This document shows positions 9,575 through 17,793 of a DNA stretch of 64,000 nucleotides, piece by piece. The position numbers were made by a program, and so were the translations under genes. Numbering within the stretch: position 1 is the stretch's first letter; every line of letters begins with the position of its first letter. The DNA comes from Intrasporangium sp. (lineage in GTDB: Bacteria; Actinomycetota; Actinomycetes; Actinomycetales; Dermatophilaceae), in assembly GCF_036566125.1 (NCBI RefSeq), contig NZ_DATCWX010000255.1, forward strand, positions 2,402-66,401, in the 5' to 3' direction. The notes beneath the pieces were generated by a model. It saw only the letters and a program-made list of their open reading frames with translations. It ran no database searches and was not told the DNA's origin.

Positions 9575-10696
9575 ATGACCGACCTCACGACCGAGGGCGC
9601 TCCCGCCCGCCATCGGGCCCGTTTCCACGAGCTGACCGTCGCCGACGTCGAGCGGCTCACCGACGAGTCCGTTGCCATCACCTTCGCGGTCCCGCCCGAG
9701 CTCGCCGACGAGTACCGGTTCGAGCCTGGCCAGCATTTGACGCTGCGCGCCATCATCAACGGCGAGGAGGTCCGGCAGTCCTACTCGATCTGTCAGTCGC
9801 GCGCGACCGCCACCGCGAGCCGTACCCTGCGCGTCGCCGCTGCGCGCGTCCCTGAGGGACGGATGTCGAACTGGCTCAACGACGTCGTCGCCGCCGGGGA
9901 CGTTCTCGAGGTCATGACCCCGTTGGGCAGCTTCACGTGTGTAACCCAGCCCAGCGGCATACGGCATCACCTCGCGATTGCGGCAGGCTCCGGGATCACG
10001 CCGGTGATGTCCCTGCTCGCCACCGCGCTCGAGGAGGAGCCGCGGTCACGCGTGACGCTGCTCTACGGCAACCGCAGGACGAGCTCGATCATGTTCCTCG
10101 AGGAGCTCGAGGACCTCAAGAACCGCTTCCCGGGGCGTTTCCACCTCATCAACGTCCTCTCCCGCGAGGCGCAGGACGTCGAGCTCTTCAGTGGGCGGCT
10201 CGACCCGGAGCGGCTCGAACGGATCTTCGCCACCCTCGTGCCGGTCGGGTCCGTGGACGAGTGGTACCTCTGCGGGCCCTTCGGGATGGTGACCGCGGCC
10301 GAGGCGCTGCTCACGGAGCAGGGGGTCGAGCCGCACCACGTCCACCACGAGATCTTCCACGTCGACGACGGCACCGAGCCGAAGCGGAAGGTCGTCATCG
10401 ACGAGGGGGCGCCGCCCGAGGCGACGGTGACGGTCAACCTCGACGGGCGCACGACCGTGATCCCCATGCCGAGCCGCGACGAGACCATCCTCGACGCGGC
10501 GCTTCGCCTGCGGCCGGATGCCCCCTTCTCGTGCACCAACGGCGTCTGCGGCACGTGCCGGGCGAGGCTCGTCTCCGGCGAGGTGCGGATGGACCGGAAC
10601 TACGCGCTCGAGCCGGACGAGGTGGCGGCCGGCCTGGTCCTCACGTGCCAGAGCCACCCGGTGAGCGACGACGTCTCCCTCGACTACGACGCCTGA
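9575..10696 (+). CDS. paaE: phenylacetate-CoA oxygenase/reductase subunit PaaE (FNR-like plus 2Fe-2S ferredoxin)
   Basis: RQSYSICQS flavin-binding motif, GSGITPVMS NAD motif and a C-terminal CTNGVCGTCRARL plant-type 2Fe-2S motif. Confidence 0.9.
   Translation: MTDLTTEGAPARHRARFHELTVADVERLTDESVAITFAVPPELADEYRFEPGQHLTLRAIINGEEVRQSYSICQSRATATASRTLRVAAARVPEGRMSNWLNDVVAAGDVLEVMTPLGSFTCVTQPSGIRHHLAIAAGSGITPVMSLLATALEEEPRSRVTLLYGNRRTSSIMFLEELEDLKNRFPGRFHLINVLSREAQDVELFSGRLDPERLERIFATLVPVGSVDEWYLCGPFGMVTAAEALLTEQGVEPHHVHHEIFHVDDGTEPKRKVVIDEGAPPEATVTVNLDGRTTVIPMPSRDETILDAALRLRPDAPFSCTNGVCGTCRARLVSGEVRMDRNYALEPDEVAAGLVLTCQSHPVSDDVSLDYDA
9953..9962 (+). repeat. CAGCGGCATAC dispersed repeat copy
   Basis: acccagcccAGCGGCATACggcatc. 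Inside paaE, read as P-S-G-I(ATA)-R-H. Confidence 0.85.
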
Positions 10697-10779
10697 GCCG
10701 ACGCGACTGACCGCCAGACGGCCAGCTCCGTGAGATGTGGGACGTGGGCTGGGAGGCTGGGTGCGGGGGAGCCGGACCC

Positions 10780-10788
10780 GCGGCATAC
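10780..10788 (+). repeat. dispersed repeat, 9/10 variant
   Basis: gagccggacccGCGGCATACggcc. Intergenic, about 50 nt upstream of the thyA start. Confidence 0.55.
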
Positions 10789-10835
10789 GGCCTCACCTGC
10801 TCGGTTGTGACACCGGGGCCAACTACGCTGCCTGT

Positions 10836-11648
10836 GTGCGGCAGTACCTTGACCTCCTCGACCACGTCCTGACCCACGGTCAGGAGAAGTCCGACCGGAC
10901 CGGGACCGGGACGCTGAGCGTCTTCGGCCACCAGATGCGCTTCGACCTCGCCGACGGCTTCCCCGCGATGACGACGAAGAAGCTGCACCTGCGCTCGATC
11001 ATCGGCGAGCTGCTCTGGTTCCTGCGGGGTGACACGAACGTGAGGTGGCTCCAGGAGCGTGGCATCTCGATCTGGGACGAGTGGGCCGACAAGGACGGCA
11101 ACCTCGGGCCGATCTACGGGTACCAGTGGCGGTCGTGGCCGACCCCGGACGGGCGCCGCGTCGATCAGATCGCCAAGGTCATCGAGCAGATCCGCACCAA
11201 TCCGGACTCCCGCCGCCTCATCGTCTCTGCCTGGAACGTCGCGGATGTCGACGAGATGGCGCTGCCGCCGTGCCACGCGCTGTTCCAGTTCTATGTGTCG
11301 CCGCCCGGTGATGACGGCACACGGCGCCTGTCGTGCCAGCTCTACCAGCGCAGCGCCGACATCTTCCTCGGCGTGCCGTTCAACATCGCGAGCTATGCGC
11401 TGCTGACGCAGATGGTGGCGCAGCTGACCGACCTGGAGCCGGGGGAGTTCGTGCACACGCTGGGCGACGCCCACCTCTACCTCAACCACCTCGAGCAGGC
11501 TCGGCTCCAGCTGACCCGCACCCCGCATCCGCTGCCGACGATGCGGATCACCCCCGGCAAGGCGAGTATCGACGAGTTCGACCTGGACGACTTCGAGCTC
11601 GTCGACTACGTGGCGGAGCCGGGTATCCGCGCCCCGATCGCTGTCTGA
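10836..11648 (+). CDS. thyA: thymidylate synthase (ThyA type)
   Basis: GTG start gives [15 protein letters not shown]. Also [18 protein letters not shown] and DAHLYLNH. Confidence 0.95.
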   Translation: MRQYLDLLDHVLTHGQEKSDRTGTGTLSVFGHQMRFDLADGFPAMTTKKLHLRSIIGELLWFLRGDTNVRWLQERGISIWDEWADKDGNLGPIYGYQWRSWPTPDGRRVDQIAKVIEQIRTNPDSRRLIVSAWNVADVDEMALPPCHALFQFYVSPPGDDGTRRLSCQLYQRSADIFLGVPFNIASYALLTQMVAQLTDLEPGEFVHTLGDAHLYLNHLEQARLQLTRTPHPLPTMRITPGKASIDEFDLDDFELVDYVAEPGIRAPIAV

Positions 11649-11677
11649 GCCGGGGCACTTGCTGACACAGTGGCTCC

Positions 11678-12142
11678 ATGACGAACGTGACGATGATCGC
11701 CGCCGTCGGCCGCAACGGCGTGATCGGCGACGGCTCCTCGATGCCGTGGCACATCTCCGAGGACCTCAAGTTCTTCAAGCGCACGACCATGGGGCACCCG
11801 ATGATCATGGGCCGGCGAACGTTCGACTCAGTCGGCGTGCTGCCCGGCCGCCGGACCATCGTGCTGACCCGGCAGGAGGACTGGCGACACCCGGACGTCG
11901 AGACCGCGCACTCGCTGGCCGAGGCCCTGAGCCTCGCCGGACCCGCTGACGAGGTGTTCGTCGTCGGCGGCGGCGAGGTCTACCGGGAGGCCATGCCGTA
12001 TGCCGCTCGCCTCGTCATCACGGAGGTCGACCAGTCCCCGGAGGGCTCAGTCACCTTTCCCGACGTCGATCCCACAGAGTGGCAGGAGACGGAACGCGAG
12101 CCGCACGACGGGTTTGCGTGGGTCACCTACCTCCGCCGCTGA
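11678..12142 (+). CDS. folA: dihydrofolate reductase
   Basis: IAAVGRNGVIGDGSSMPWHISEDLKFFKRTTMGHPMIMGRRTF, located directly downstream of thyA. Confidence 0.9.
   Translation: MTNVTMIAAVGRNGVIGDGSSMPWHISEDLKFFKRTTMGHPMIMGRRTFDSVGVLPGRRTIVLTRQEDWRHPDVETAHSLAEALSLAGPADEVFVVGGGEVYREAMPYAARLVITEVDQSPEGSVTFPDVDPTEWQETEREPHDGFAWVTYLRR
11998..12007 (-). repeat. dispersed repeat, degenerate copy (exact 10-mer plus GGCAT flank)
   Basis: catgccGTATGCCGCTcgcc. Inside folA, read as M-P-Y-A-A-R. Confidence 0.55.
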
Positions 12143-12207
12143 CCGCCCGCCGGAATTTGGTGCCCGAGCCGTGTAACGCCACCGCAGGCCACGCGATGGT
12201 AGGAGTG

Positions 12208-12247
12208 GCGAGGCACTACTCGGACCCCCGAGCGAGTAGTGCCTCGC
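12208..12247 (+). terminator. hairpin 3' of folA (candidate terminator; C-rich loop)
   Basis: Perfect 15-bp stem GCGAGGCACTACTCG / CGAGTAGTGCCTCGC with loop GACCCCCGAG. There is no T-tract. Confidence 0.5.
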
Positions 12248-12271
12248 TTCGTGCGCTCCGCCACCGATCCT

Positions 12272-12325
12272 GATCGAGTGACCACGTTTCGGGGAGAAGT
12301 GACCCCAAAGCTGTTCTTTCGATCG
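12272..12325 (+). repeat. GATCGAGTGA-type palindromic element, copy R1 (imperfect)
   Basis: GATCGAGTGACCACGTTTCGGGG-agaagtga-CCCCAAAGCTGTTCTTTCGATC. Related to the copies at 35291, 37645 and 39816. Confidence 0.6.
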
Positions 12326-12385
12326 GGTTGGGACACGTTGCGGCCGCCTGGAAGCATGGGAGGCGGCGGGGGCTAACCTTGCCCC

Positions 12386-13270
12386 ATGGCAGACGCACCC
12401 CGGCTAGGACGTGTCCTCTCGGCGATGGTGACGCCGATGCGGACGGACGGATCAGTCGACCTCGACTCCGCCCAGCGCTTGGCGACGCACCTGGTCGACC
12501 AGGGCCACGACGGCATCATCGTGTCCGGGACGACGGGGGAGTCGCCGACGACCACGGCGTCCGAGAAGGAGGACCTCCTCCGGGCCGTCATCGGCGCGGT
12601 CGGCGACCGGGCCGTCATCGTCGCCGGGGCAGGCAGCAACGACACCGCCAAGAGCGTCGAGTCCGTGCGCGTCGCTGAGAAGGTCGGCGCGAACGCGGTC
12701 CTCGCCGTCACGCCGTACTACAACAAGCCGCCGCAGGCGGGGCTTGTCGCCCACTTCCTCGCCCTCGCTGACGCGAGCGACCTTCCGGTCATGGTCTACG
12801 ACATCCCGGGTCGATCCGGCATCGCCATCGCCCGCGAGACGTACCTCCGGATAGCCGAGCACGAGCGCGTCGTCGCCGTGAAGGACGCCCGCGCCGACCT
12901 GTGGCTCGCCAGCCAGCTGATGGAGGCGACCGGCCTCGACTGGTACTCCGGCGACGACGCGATGAACCTGGCCCACTTCGTCAACGGCGGCGTCGGATTC
13001 GTGGGCGTGACCTCGCAGACCTGCCCCGCGGTCTACCGGCGCTACGCAGACGCGGTCGTGGAGGGCCGCTGGGACGATGCCCGGGCCATCCACCGGTCGC
13101 TTCACGCCATGGTGGACGCCGTCATGAACGTCACGCAGGGAGCCATCATGGCCAAGGCGGCCCTTGCCGAGCAGGGCGTCATCGAGTCCGCCACGGTGCG
13201 GCTCCCGCTCGTGGAGGCGACCCCCGAGCAGCGACAGGTCGTCCGCTCCGCCCTCGCCACGGTCGCCTGA
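12386..13270 (+). CDS. dapA: 4-hydroxy-tetrahydrodipicolinate synthase
   Basis: VSGTTGESPT, TPYYNKP and the typical ~294 aa length. Confidence 0.95.
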   Translation: MADAPRLGRVLSAMVTPMRTDGSVDLDSAQRLATHLVDQGHDGIIVSGTTGESPTTTASEKEDLLRAVIGAVGDRAVIVAGAGSNDTAKSVESVRVAEKVGANAVLAVTPYYNKPPQAGLVAHFLALADASDLPVMVYDIPGRSGIAIARETYLRIAEHERVVAVKDARADLWLASQLMEATGLDWYSGDDAMNLAHFVNGGVGFVGVTSQTCPAVYRRYADAVVEGRWDDARAIHRSLHAMVDAVMNVTQGAIMAKAALAEQGVIESATVRLPLVEATPEQRQVVRSALATVA

Positions 13271-13335
13271 CCAGCGCGCCCACCCAGCTGGCTCGGCCAG
13301 CTCGCCTGACCTCGCACCCGACCGACAGGAAACCT

Positions 13336-15021
13336 GTGAGCCATCTCCACCCCGAGCTGACCGATCCGCCCGCCCTGCCCAGCAACGGCCTCCGGGTCGT
13401 CGCCCTGGGCGGGCTCGGCGAGGTCGGTCGGAACATGACCGTCCTCGAGACCCAGGGCCGGCTGCTCGTCATCGACTGCGGCGTGCTCTTCCCCGAGGAC
13501 CACCATCCCGGGGTCGACCTGATCCTGCCCGACTTCTCCTACCTCGAGGACCGTCTCGACGACGTCGAGGCCATCGTCCTCACACACGGACACGAGGACC
13601 ACATCGGAGCCGTCCCCTACCTGCTCCGCCTCAAGGAGGACATCCCCCTCATCGGCTCGACCCTGACGTTGGCGCTCGTCGAGGCCAAGCTCAAGGAACA
13701 CCGCATCCGGCCGTTCACCCTGGCCGTTGCGGAGGGGCAGCGCGAGCGGGTCGGCGCCTTCGACCTCGAGTTCGTGGCGGTGAACCACTCGATTCCGGAC
13801 GCGCTCGCGGTGTTCGTCCGCACCAAGGCGGGCACCCTGCTGCACACCGGTGACTTCAAGATGGACCAGCTGCCGCTCGATGGTCGGATCACCGACCTGC
13901 GGGCCTTCGCACGGCTGGGGGAGGAGGGCGTCGACCTGTTCCTCACCGACTCGACGAACGCCGACATGCCCGGCTTCACCACCCCTGAGCTCGAGATCGC
14001 GCCGGCCATCGACAAGGTCTTCCGGCATGCCGAGCGGCGCATCATCGTCGCGTGCTTCAGCAGCCATGTCCATCGGGTCCAGCAGGTGCTGGACGCGGCC
14101 GAGAAGGCCGGGCGCAAGGTCGCCTTCGTCGGCCGCTCCATGATCCGCAACATGGGGATCGCCGCCGACCTCGGCTTCCTGCACGTGCCCGACGGGATCC
14201 TCGTCGACGCCAAACGCTTCGGTGACCTCCCGGACAACAAGCTGGTGCTCATCAGTACCGGTTCGCAGGGCGAGCCGATGGCGGCCCTGTCCCGGATGGC
14301 CAACGGTGACCACCGGATCAACGTCGGCCCGGGCGACACCGTCCTGCTGGCCAGCAGCCTCATTCCCGGCAACGAGAACGCCGTCTACCGAGTCATCAAC
14401 GGCCTCATGCGCCTCGGTGCAACCGTCGTGCACAAGGGGAACGCCAAGGTGCACGTCTCGGGCCACGCGAGCGCGGGCGAGCTGCTCTACTGCTACAACA
14501 TCGTGCGACCCCGCAACGTCATGCCGGTGCATGGCGAGTGGCGCCACATGTACGCCAACGCCCAGCTCGCCATCCAGACAGGTGTGCCCGAGCAAAACGT
14601 CGTGCTCGCAGAGGACGGCGTCGTGGTCGACCTCGTCGACGGCCAGGCCAGGATCACCGGAGTCGTGGACTGCGGCTACATCTATGTCGACGGGACCAAC
14701 ATCGGCGGCGCGGACGAGGCGCTGCTCAAGGACCGTCGCATCCTGCGCGACGAGGGCTTCATCACGTGCATCGTCGTGCTCGACGCCGCGACCGGCAAGA
14801 TCGCGTCCGGTCCGGAGATCACGGCGCGGGGCTTCGTCGAGGACCAGGAGCTCTTCCGGCAGGTGATCCCGAAGGTCGAGCGGGCGATCGAGGAGGCCGT
14901 CGCGAATGGCGTTCGTGACGACCAGCAGCTCCAGCAGGTCATCCGGCGGGCCGTGGGCTCCTGGGTGGGCGGCAAGATCCGTCGACGCCCGATGATCATC
15001 CCCGTCGTCCTCCAGGCGTGA
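13336..15021 (+). CDS. rnj: ribonuclease J
   Basis: GTG 13336 gives VSHLHPEL...RVVALGGLGEVGRNMTV. Metallo-beta-lactamase motif THGHEDHIG and a beta-CASP region. The upstream part of the 12901 ORF overlaps dapA out of frame. Confidence 0.95.
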   Translation: MSHLHPELTDPPALPSNGLRVVALGGLGEVGRNMTVLETQGRLLVIDCGVLFPEDHHPGVDLILPDFSYLEDRLDDVEAIVLTHGHEDHIGAVPYLLRLKEDIPLIGSTLTLALVEAKLKEHRIRPFTLAVAEGQRERVGAFDLEFVAVNHSIPDALAVFVRTKAGTLLHTGDFKMDQLPLDGRITDLRAFARLGEEGVDLFLTDSTNADMPGFTTPELEIAPAIDKVFRHAERRIIVACFSSHVHRVQQVLDAAEKAGRKVAFVGRSMIRNMGIAADLGFLHVPDGILVDAKRFGDLPDNKLVLISTGSQGEPMAALSRMANGDHRINVGPGDTVLLASSLIPGNENAVYRVINGLMRLGATVVHKGNAKVHVSGHASAGELLYCYNIVRPRNVMPVHGEWRHMYANAQLAIQTGVPEQNVVLAEDGVVVDLVDGQARITGVVDCGYIYVDGTNIGGADEALLKDRRILRDEGFITCIVVLDAATGKIASGPEITARGFVEDQELFRQVIPKVERAIEEAVANGVRDDQQLQQVIRRAVGSWVGGKIRRRPMIIPVVLQA

Positions 15022-15998
15022 CGGAGCCCGAGCTGGGTAGGAGGCGGCGCTGGGTCGACCTCGGAATCGCCGCGGCGCTCGTCGTCCTCGTGGCCGCCGG
15101 CGCCGCACGCTGGCTCGACACGACGGCGCAGCCGGTCATCGTGCTGCAGACTGCCGGCCCGTTCGTCGCGATCGGCCTGCTCGGCCTGCTCGTTGCGACT
15201 GCCTTGCTCAGGCGGTGGTGGATGCTGCTGCCGGTGACCGTGGCTGTCGTGGTCGCGGCGACCATGGCGCTCCCGGACTGGTTCGCCCACACGTCGCCGC
15301 AGGCGCCACGTGACCTCACCGTCATGGCGGTCAACCTCTCGTTCGGCAGGGCCGACCCGGACCAGGTGGCGGAGGCAGTGCGGGCTCACTCCGTCGACGT
15401 CCTCGTGGCCACCGAGATCACGCCGGACGCGGAGCGGGCGCTGGACAAGTCGGGCCTCGACCAATGGTTCATCGAGCGGGCGGGGGAGACCCGTCCGGAC
15501 TCCTTCACGGGCACCATGGTCTATTCGCGTTTCCCCCTCACCCAGGTGACCGGTGGCGACCCGGTCGACGCACACACTCCGAGCCTCCAGCCGGAGGTCG
15601 TCCTGGACGTCAGTGGCACTCCGGTCCGGCTCAAGGCCGTGCACGTCATGGCGCCCTTGGCCGGCGAGACCGAGCAGTGGCGAGCCGGCCTGCGGGCGCT
15701 GGCGACCTGGCGAGACCGCCAGTCGGGTGACCAGCCGACATTGCTCGCCGGCGACTTCAACGCGAGTCCCGGGCACCCCGCCTTCCGGGCCCTCTCAGCG
15801 GGCCAGGACGACGCGCACCGGGTCGCGGGGCTGGGCTGGGTCCGGACCTGGCCCTTCGTCGACCATCGCATGCCGCCCTACGTCCAGATCGATCACCTGC
15901 TGAGCCGCAAGCTGACCGTCGTCGAGGCGGGTGAGGTCGCGATCCATGGCACGGACCACGGCATCATCTGGGCGGCCTACTCGCTCCCGAGACGCTGA
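15018..15998 (+). CDS. membrane-anchored endonuclease/exonuclease/phosphatase (EEP) family protein
   Basis: GTGA overlap with the rnj stop. N-terminal TM helices, then LLAGDFNASPGHPAF and a C-terminal IDHLLS...GTDHG motif. Confidence 0.7.
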   Translation: MTEPELGRRRRWVDLGIAAALVVLVAAGAARWLDTTAQPVIVLQTAGPFVAIGLLGLLVATALLRRWWMLLPVTVAVVVAATMALPDWFAHTSPQAPRDLTVMAVNLSFGRADPDQVAEAVRAHSVDVLVATEITPDAERALDKSGLDQWFIERAGETRPDSFTGTMVYSRFPLTQVTGGDPVDAHTPSLQPEVVLDVSGTPVRLKAVHVMAPLAGETEQWRAGLRALATWRDRQSGDQPTLLAGDFNASPGHPAFRALSAGQDDAHRVAGLGWVRTWPFVDHRMPPYVQIDHLLSRKLTVVEAGEVAIHGTDHGIIWAAYSLPRR

Positions 15999-16007
15999 TC
16001 GTCGGCG

Positions 16008-17426
16008 TCACCAGGGGCGGGTCACCTCACGATCGCGCGGGTCGTTGCCCGCAACCACCCAACCGGTGTCTCCGCGCGTCCACCTGGCCGCGGGTCCGGC
16101 TTCGACGAGTTCGCGCACCGCACCGATGAGTCGGTCCACGCCTTCGATGGTCGTGCCGAGCCCGATGCTGGCACGCACGGCAGTCGCGACCCCCTCGCCC
16201 GGCGTGGCGTCGCCCCGCTTGGCGAGCAGGTCGTCGACGAGCAAGTGGGCGCAGAAGCGCCCGTCCCGCACGCCGATCCCGTGCTCGACGGACAGGACCT
16301 GCGAGACGAGCGACGGCTCGAGGCCTCGGACGGTGAACGCCACCACGCCCACGCGGTCATGGTTCTCGCCGAAGAACGACAGCCGCTCGACCCCGTCGAT
16401 CGATCGCAATCCGTCGCGCAGCCGGGCGAGGAGGCGTGCCTCGTGCTCCTCGATTGCCCCGCGGTGGCCGGCGATCGTCGCGCACGCTGCCGCGAGGGCA
16501 ATCGCCCCGATGACGTTGGGGCTGCCGCCCTCGTGCCGGGCCGGCCCGGTGGCCCAGCTCGTGCCGTGCTCGCCGACGGACCGGGTCGCGCCGCCGCCGC
16601 GCAGGTAGGGGGCGCCCGCGTCGAGCCAGTCGGACCGTCCCGCAAGGACCCCGGCACCGAAGGGGGCATAGGTCTTGTGGCCCGAGAACGCGACGTAGTC
16701 GACGTCCCACCCGGCAAGGTCGATGCGTCGGTGTCCCGACAGCTGGGCGGCGTCGACCGCGATCCGGGCACCGTGGTCGTGCGCGATCCGGGCGAAGTCC
16801 TCGATCGGCCACACCTCGCCCGTGACGTTGGAGGCAGCTGTGACGACGACGAGTCGGTCACCGTCAGGGTCCACCGAACCTGCGTTGGCGAGCGCCTCGC
16901 CGAGCACCGAGCGGGCCTCCTCGACGCTGTGTGGCACGGGGAGCCGCACGGTGCGGTCGTCTCCCCAGGGCAGCAGGGTCGAGTGGTGCTCGGACGCGAA
17001 CACGAAGATCGTGGTGGTCGCCGGCAGTGCTGACGAGAGGAGCGCCCACGAGTCGGTCGTCGTCCGCGTGAAGACGACGGTGTCGTCGCCGCGCGCCCCG
17101 ACGAACTGGGCCACCTGTGCGCGGGCCTCCTCGTACCAGGCACTCGTCAGCCGAGATGCGTAGCCAGCCCCCCGGTGGACCGAGGCGTAGGTCTCGAGGG
17201 CACGGTCGACCGCCTCCTTGACCGCGACCAGTGCGGGCGTCGAGGCAGCGTGGTCGAGGTTGGCGTAGGTCGTGGTCCCCGAAAGGGTGGGCACCTGGAG
17301 GTCAGCGCCGACGACGGCCGGCAGAGCGGGGCCAGCCGTTGGTGCCGTCTCGGCGCGGGGGCGGCTGCGCAGGACGGGCGCACGGTCGGTGCAGGAAGAC
17401 GTGGCGGTGCTGGCGAAGACGGACAT
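16008..17426 (-). CDS. class V aminotransferase-fold PLP enzyme (cysteine desulfurase/C-S lyase-like), SAM-riboswitch controlled
   Basis: SGHKTYAPFGAGVLAG PLP-lysine motif. ATG 17426 has an AGGAG Shine-Dalgarno 8 nt upstream and lies 38 nt 3' of the riboswitch. Confidence 0.8.
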   Translation of the reverse strand: MSVFASTATSSCTDRAPVLRSRPRAETAPTAGPALPAVVGADLQVPTLSGTTTYANLDHAASTPALVAVKEAVDRALETYASVHRGAGYASRLTSAWYEEARAQVAQFVGARGDDTVVFTRTTTDSWALLSSALPATTTIFVFASEHHSTLLPWGDDRTVRLPVPHSVEEARSVLGEALANAGSVDPDGDRLVVVTAASNVTGEVWPIEDFARIAHDHGARIAVDAAQLSGHRRIDLAGWDVDYVAFSGHKTYAPFGAGVLAGRSDWLDAGAPYLRGGGATRSVGEHGTSWATGPARHEGGSPNVIGAIALAAACATIAGHRGAIEEHEARLLARLRDGLRSIDGVERLSFFGENHDRVGVVAFTVRGLEPSLVSQVLSVEHGIGVRDGRFCAHLLVDDLLAKRGDATPGEGVATAVRASIGLGTTIEGVDRLIGAVRELVEAGPAARWTRGDTGWVVAGNDPRDREVTRPW

Positions 17427-17463
17427 GGGACTGGCTCCTGGGGTCGGGGACCCACCGGATGCA

Positions 17464-17590
17464 GGTCCGCGCTTGCCGTGCCCCGTCACCACGAACGTGG
17501 CGAGGACGGCCTGGTCGTCACCCGGAGCACCCCACCGCGGAGGAGGGTTGCTGGCCAGCAAGCCGGGGCTTCGCGCTGGCGCTCATGACC
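17464..17590 (-). promoter_or_regulatory. SAM-IV riboswitch
   Basis: The minus-strand RNA reads GGUCAUGAGCGCCAGCGCGAAGCCCCGGCUUGCUGGCCAGCAACCCUCCUCCGCGGUGGGGUGCUCCGGGUGACGACCAGG...GGCAAGCGCGGACC. It is near-identical in its conserved blocks to the mycobacterial SAM-IV sequence as I recall it. Confidence 0.8.
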
Positions 17591-17674
17591 TGCCCATGAA
17601 GATAGGGACGCTTCCCCCGCGTTGTCCACCGCGTCGTGGCAGCGTGTCGTCATCTGAGACACCACCTTGATGCC

Positions 17675-17684
17675 GTATGCCGCT
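17675..17684 (-). repeat. CAGCGGCATAC dispersed repeat copy
   Basis: gatgccGTATGCCGCTgggctcgctg. Intergenic, upstream of ftsK. Confidence 0.85.
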
Positions 17685-17793
17685 GGGCTCGCTGCCCCTG
17701 TCCGTCCGCCGGGTGCCCCGACAGGATGAGTGAATCGGTCGTGGTGCGCGTGTGACGCGTGAGTTCAGCGTGGCGTTGACGTACCGTGCCATC

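Noticed and set aside
12143-12385. Lysine riboswitch or 6C small RNA in the 243-nt folA-dapA spacer.
   Set aside because: No lysine-riboswitch core motifs were recognised. Only one hairpin has a C-rich loop, whereas 6C needs two. The hairpins are better explained as the folA terminator plus the R1 repeat.
12901-13335. N-terminal extensions offered by the ORF track. Examples are rnj from 12901, paaC from 7988, paaD from 8791, paaE from 9413, recA-upstream frames, fhs from 48529, dinG from 48186, MFS from 61067 and the methyltransferase to 43134.
   Set aside because: The extensions overlap neighbouring genes or are low-complexity Arg/Pro/Ala sequence. Family-typical N-termini, Shine-Dalgarno sequences or 4-nt stop/start overlaps support the internal starts instead.
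13102-15108. 668-aa antisense ORF opposite rnj. Similar long antisense ORFs lie at 33590-35086, 38242-39930, 39912-41873, 42944-44284, 48045-50114, 55769-56776 and 57969-59660.
   Set aside because: They are Arg/Gly/Pro/Asp-rich with no recognisable motifs. They lie exactly opposite strongly motif-supported genes, which is the typical stop-codon-poor antisense frame of high-G+C DNA.
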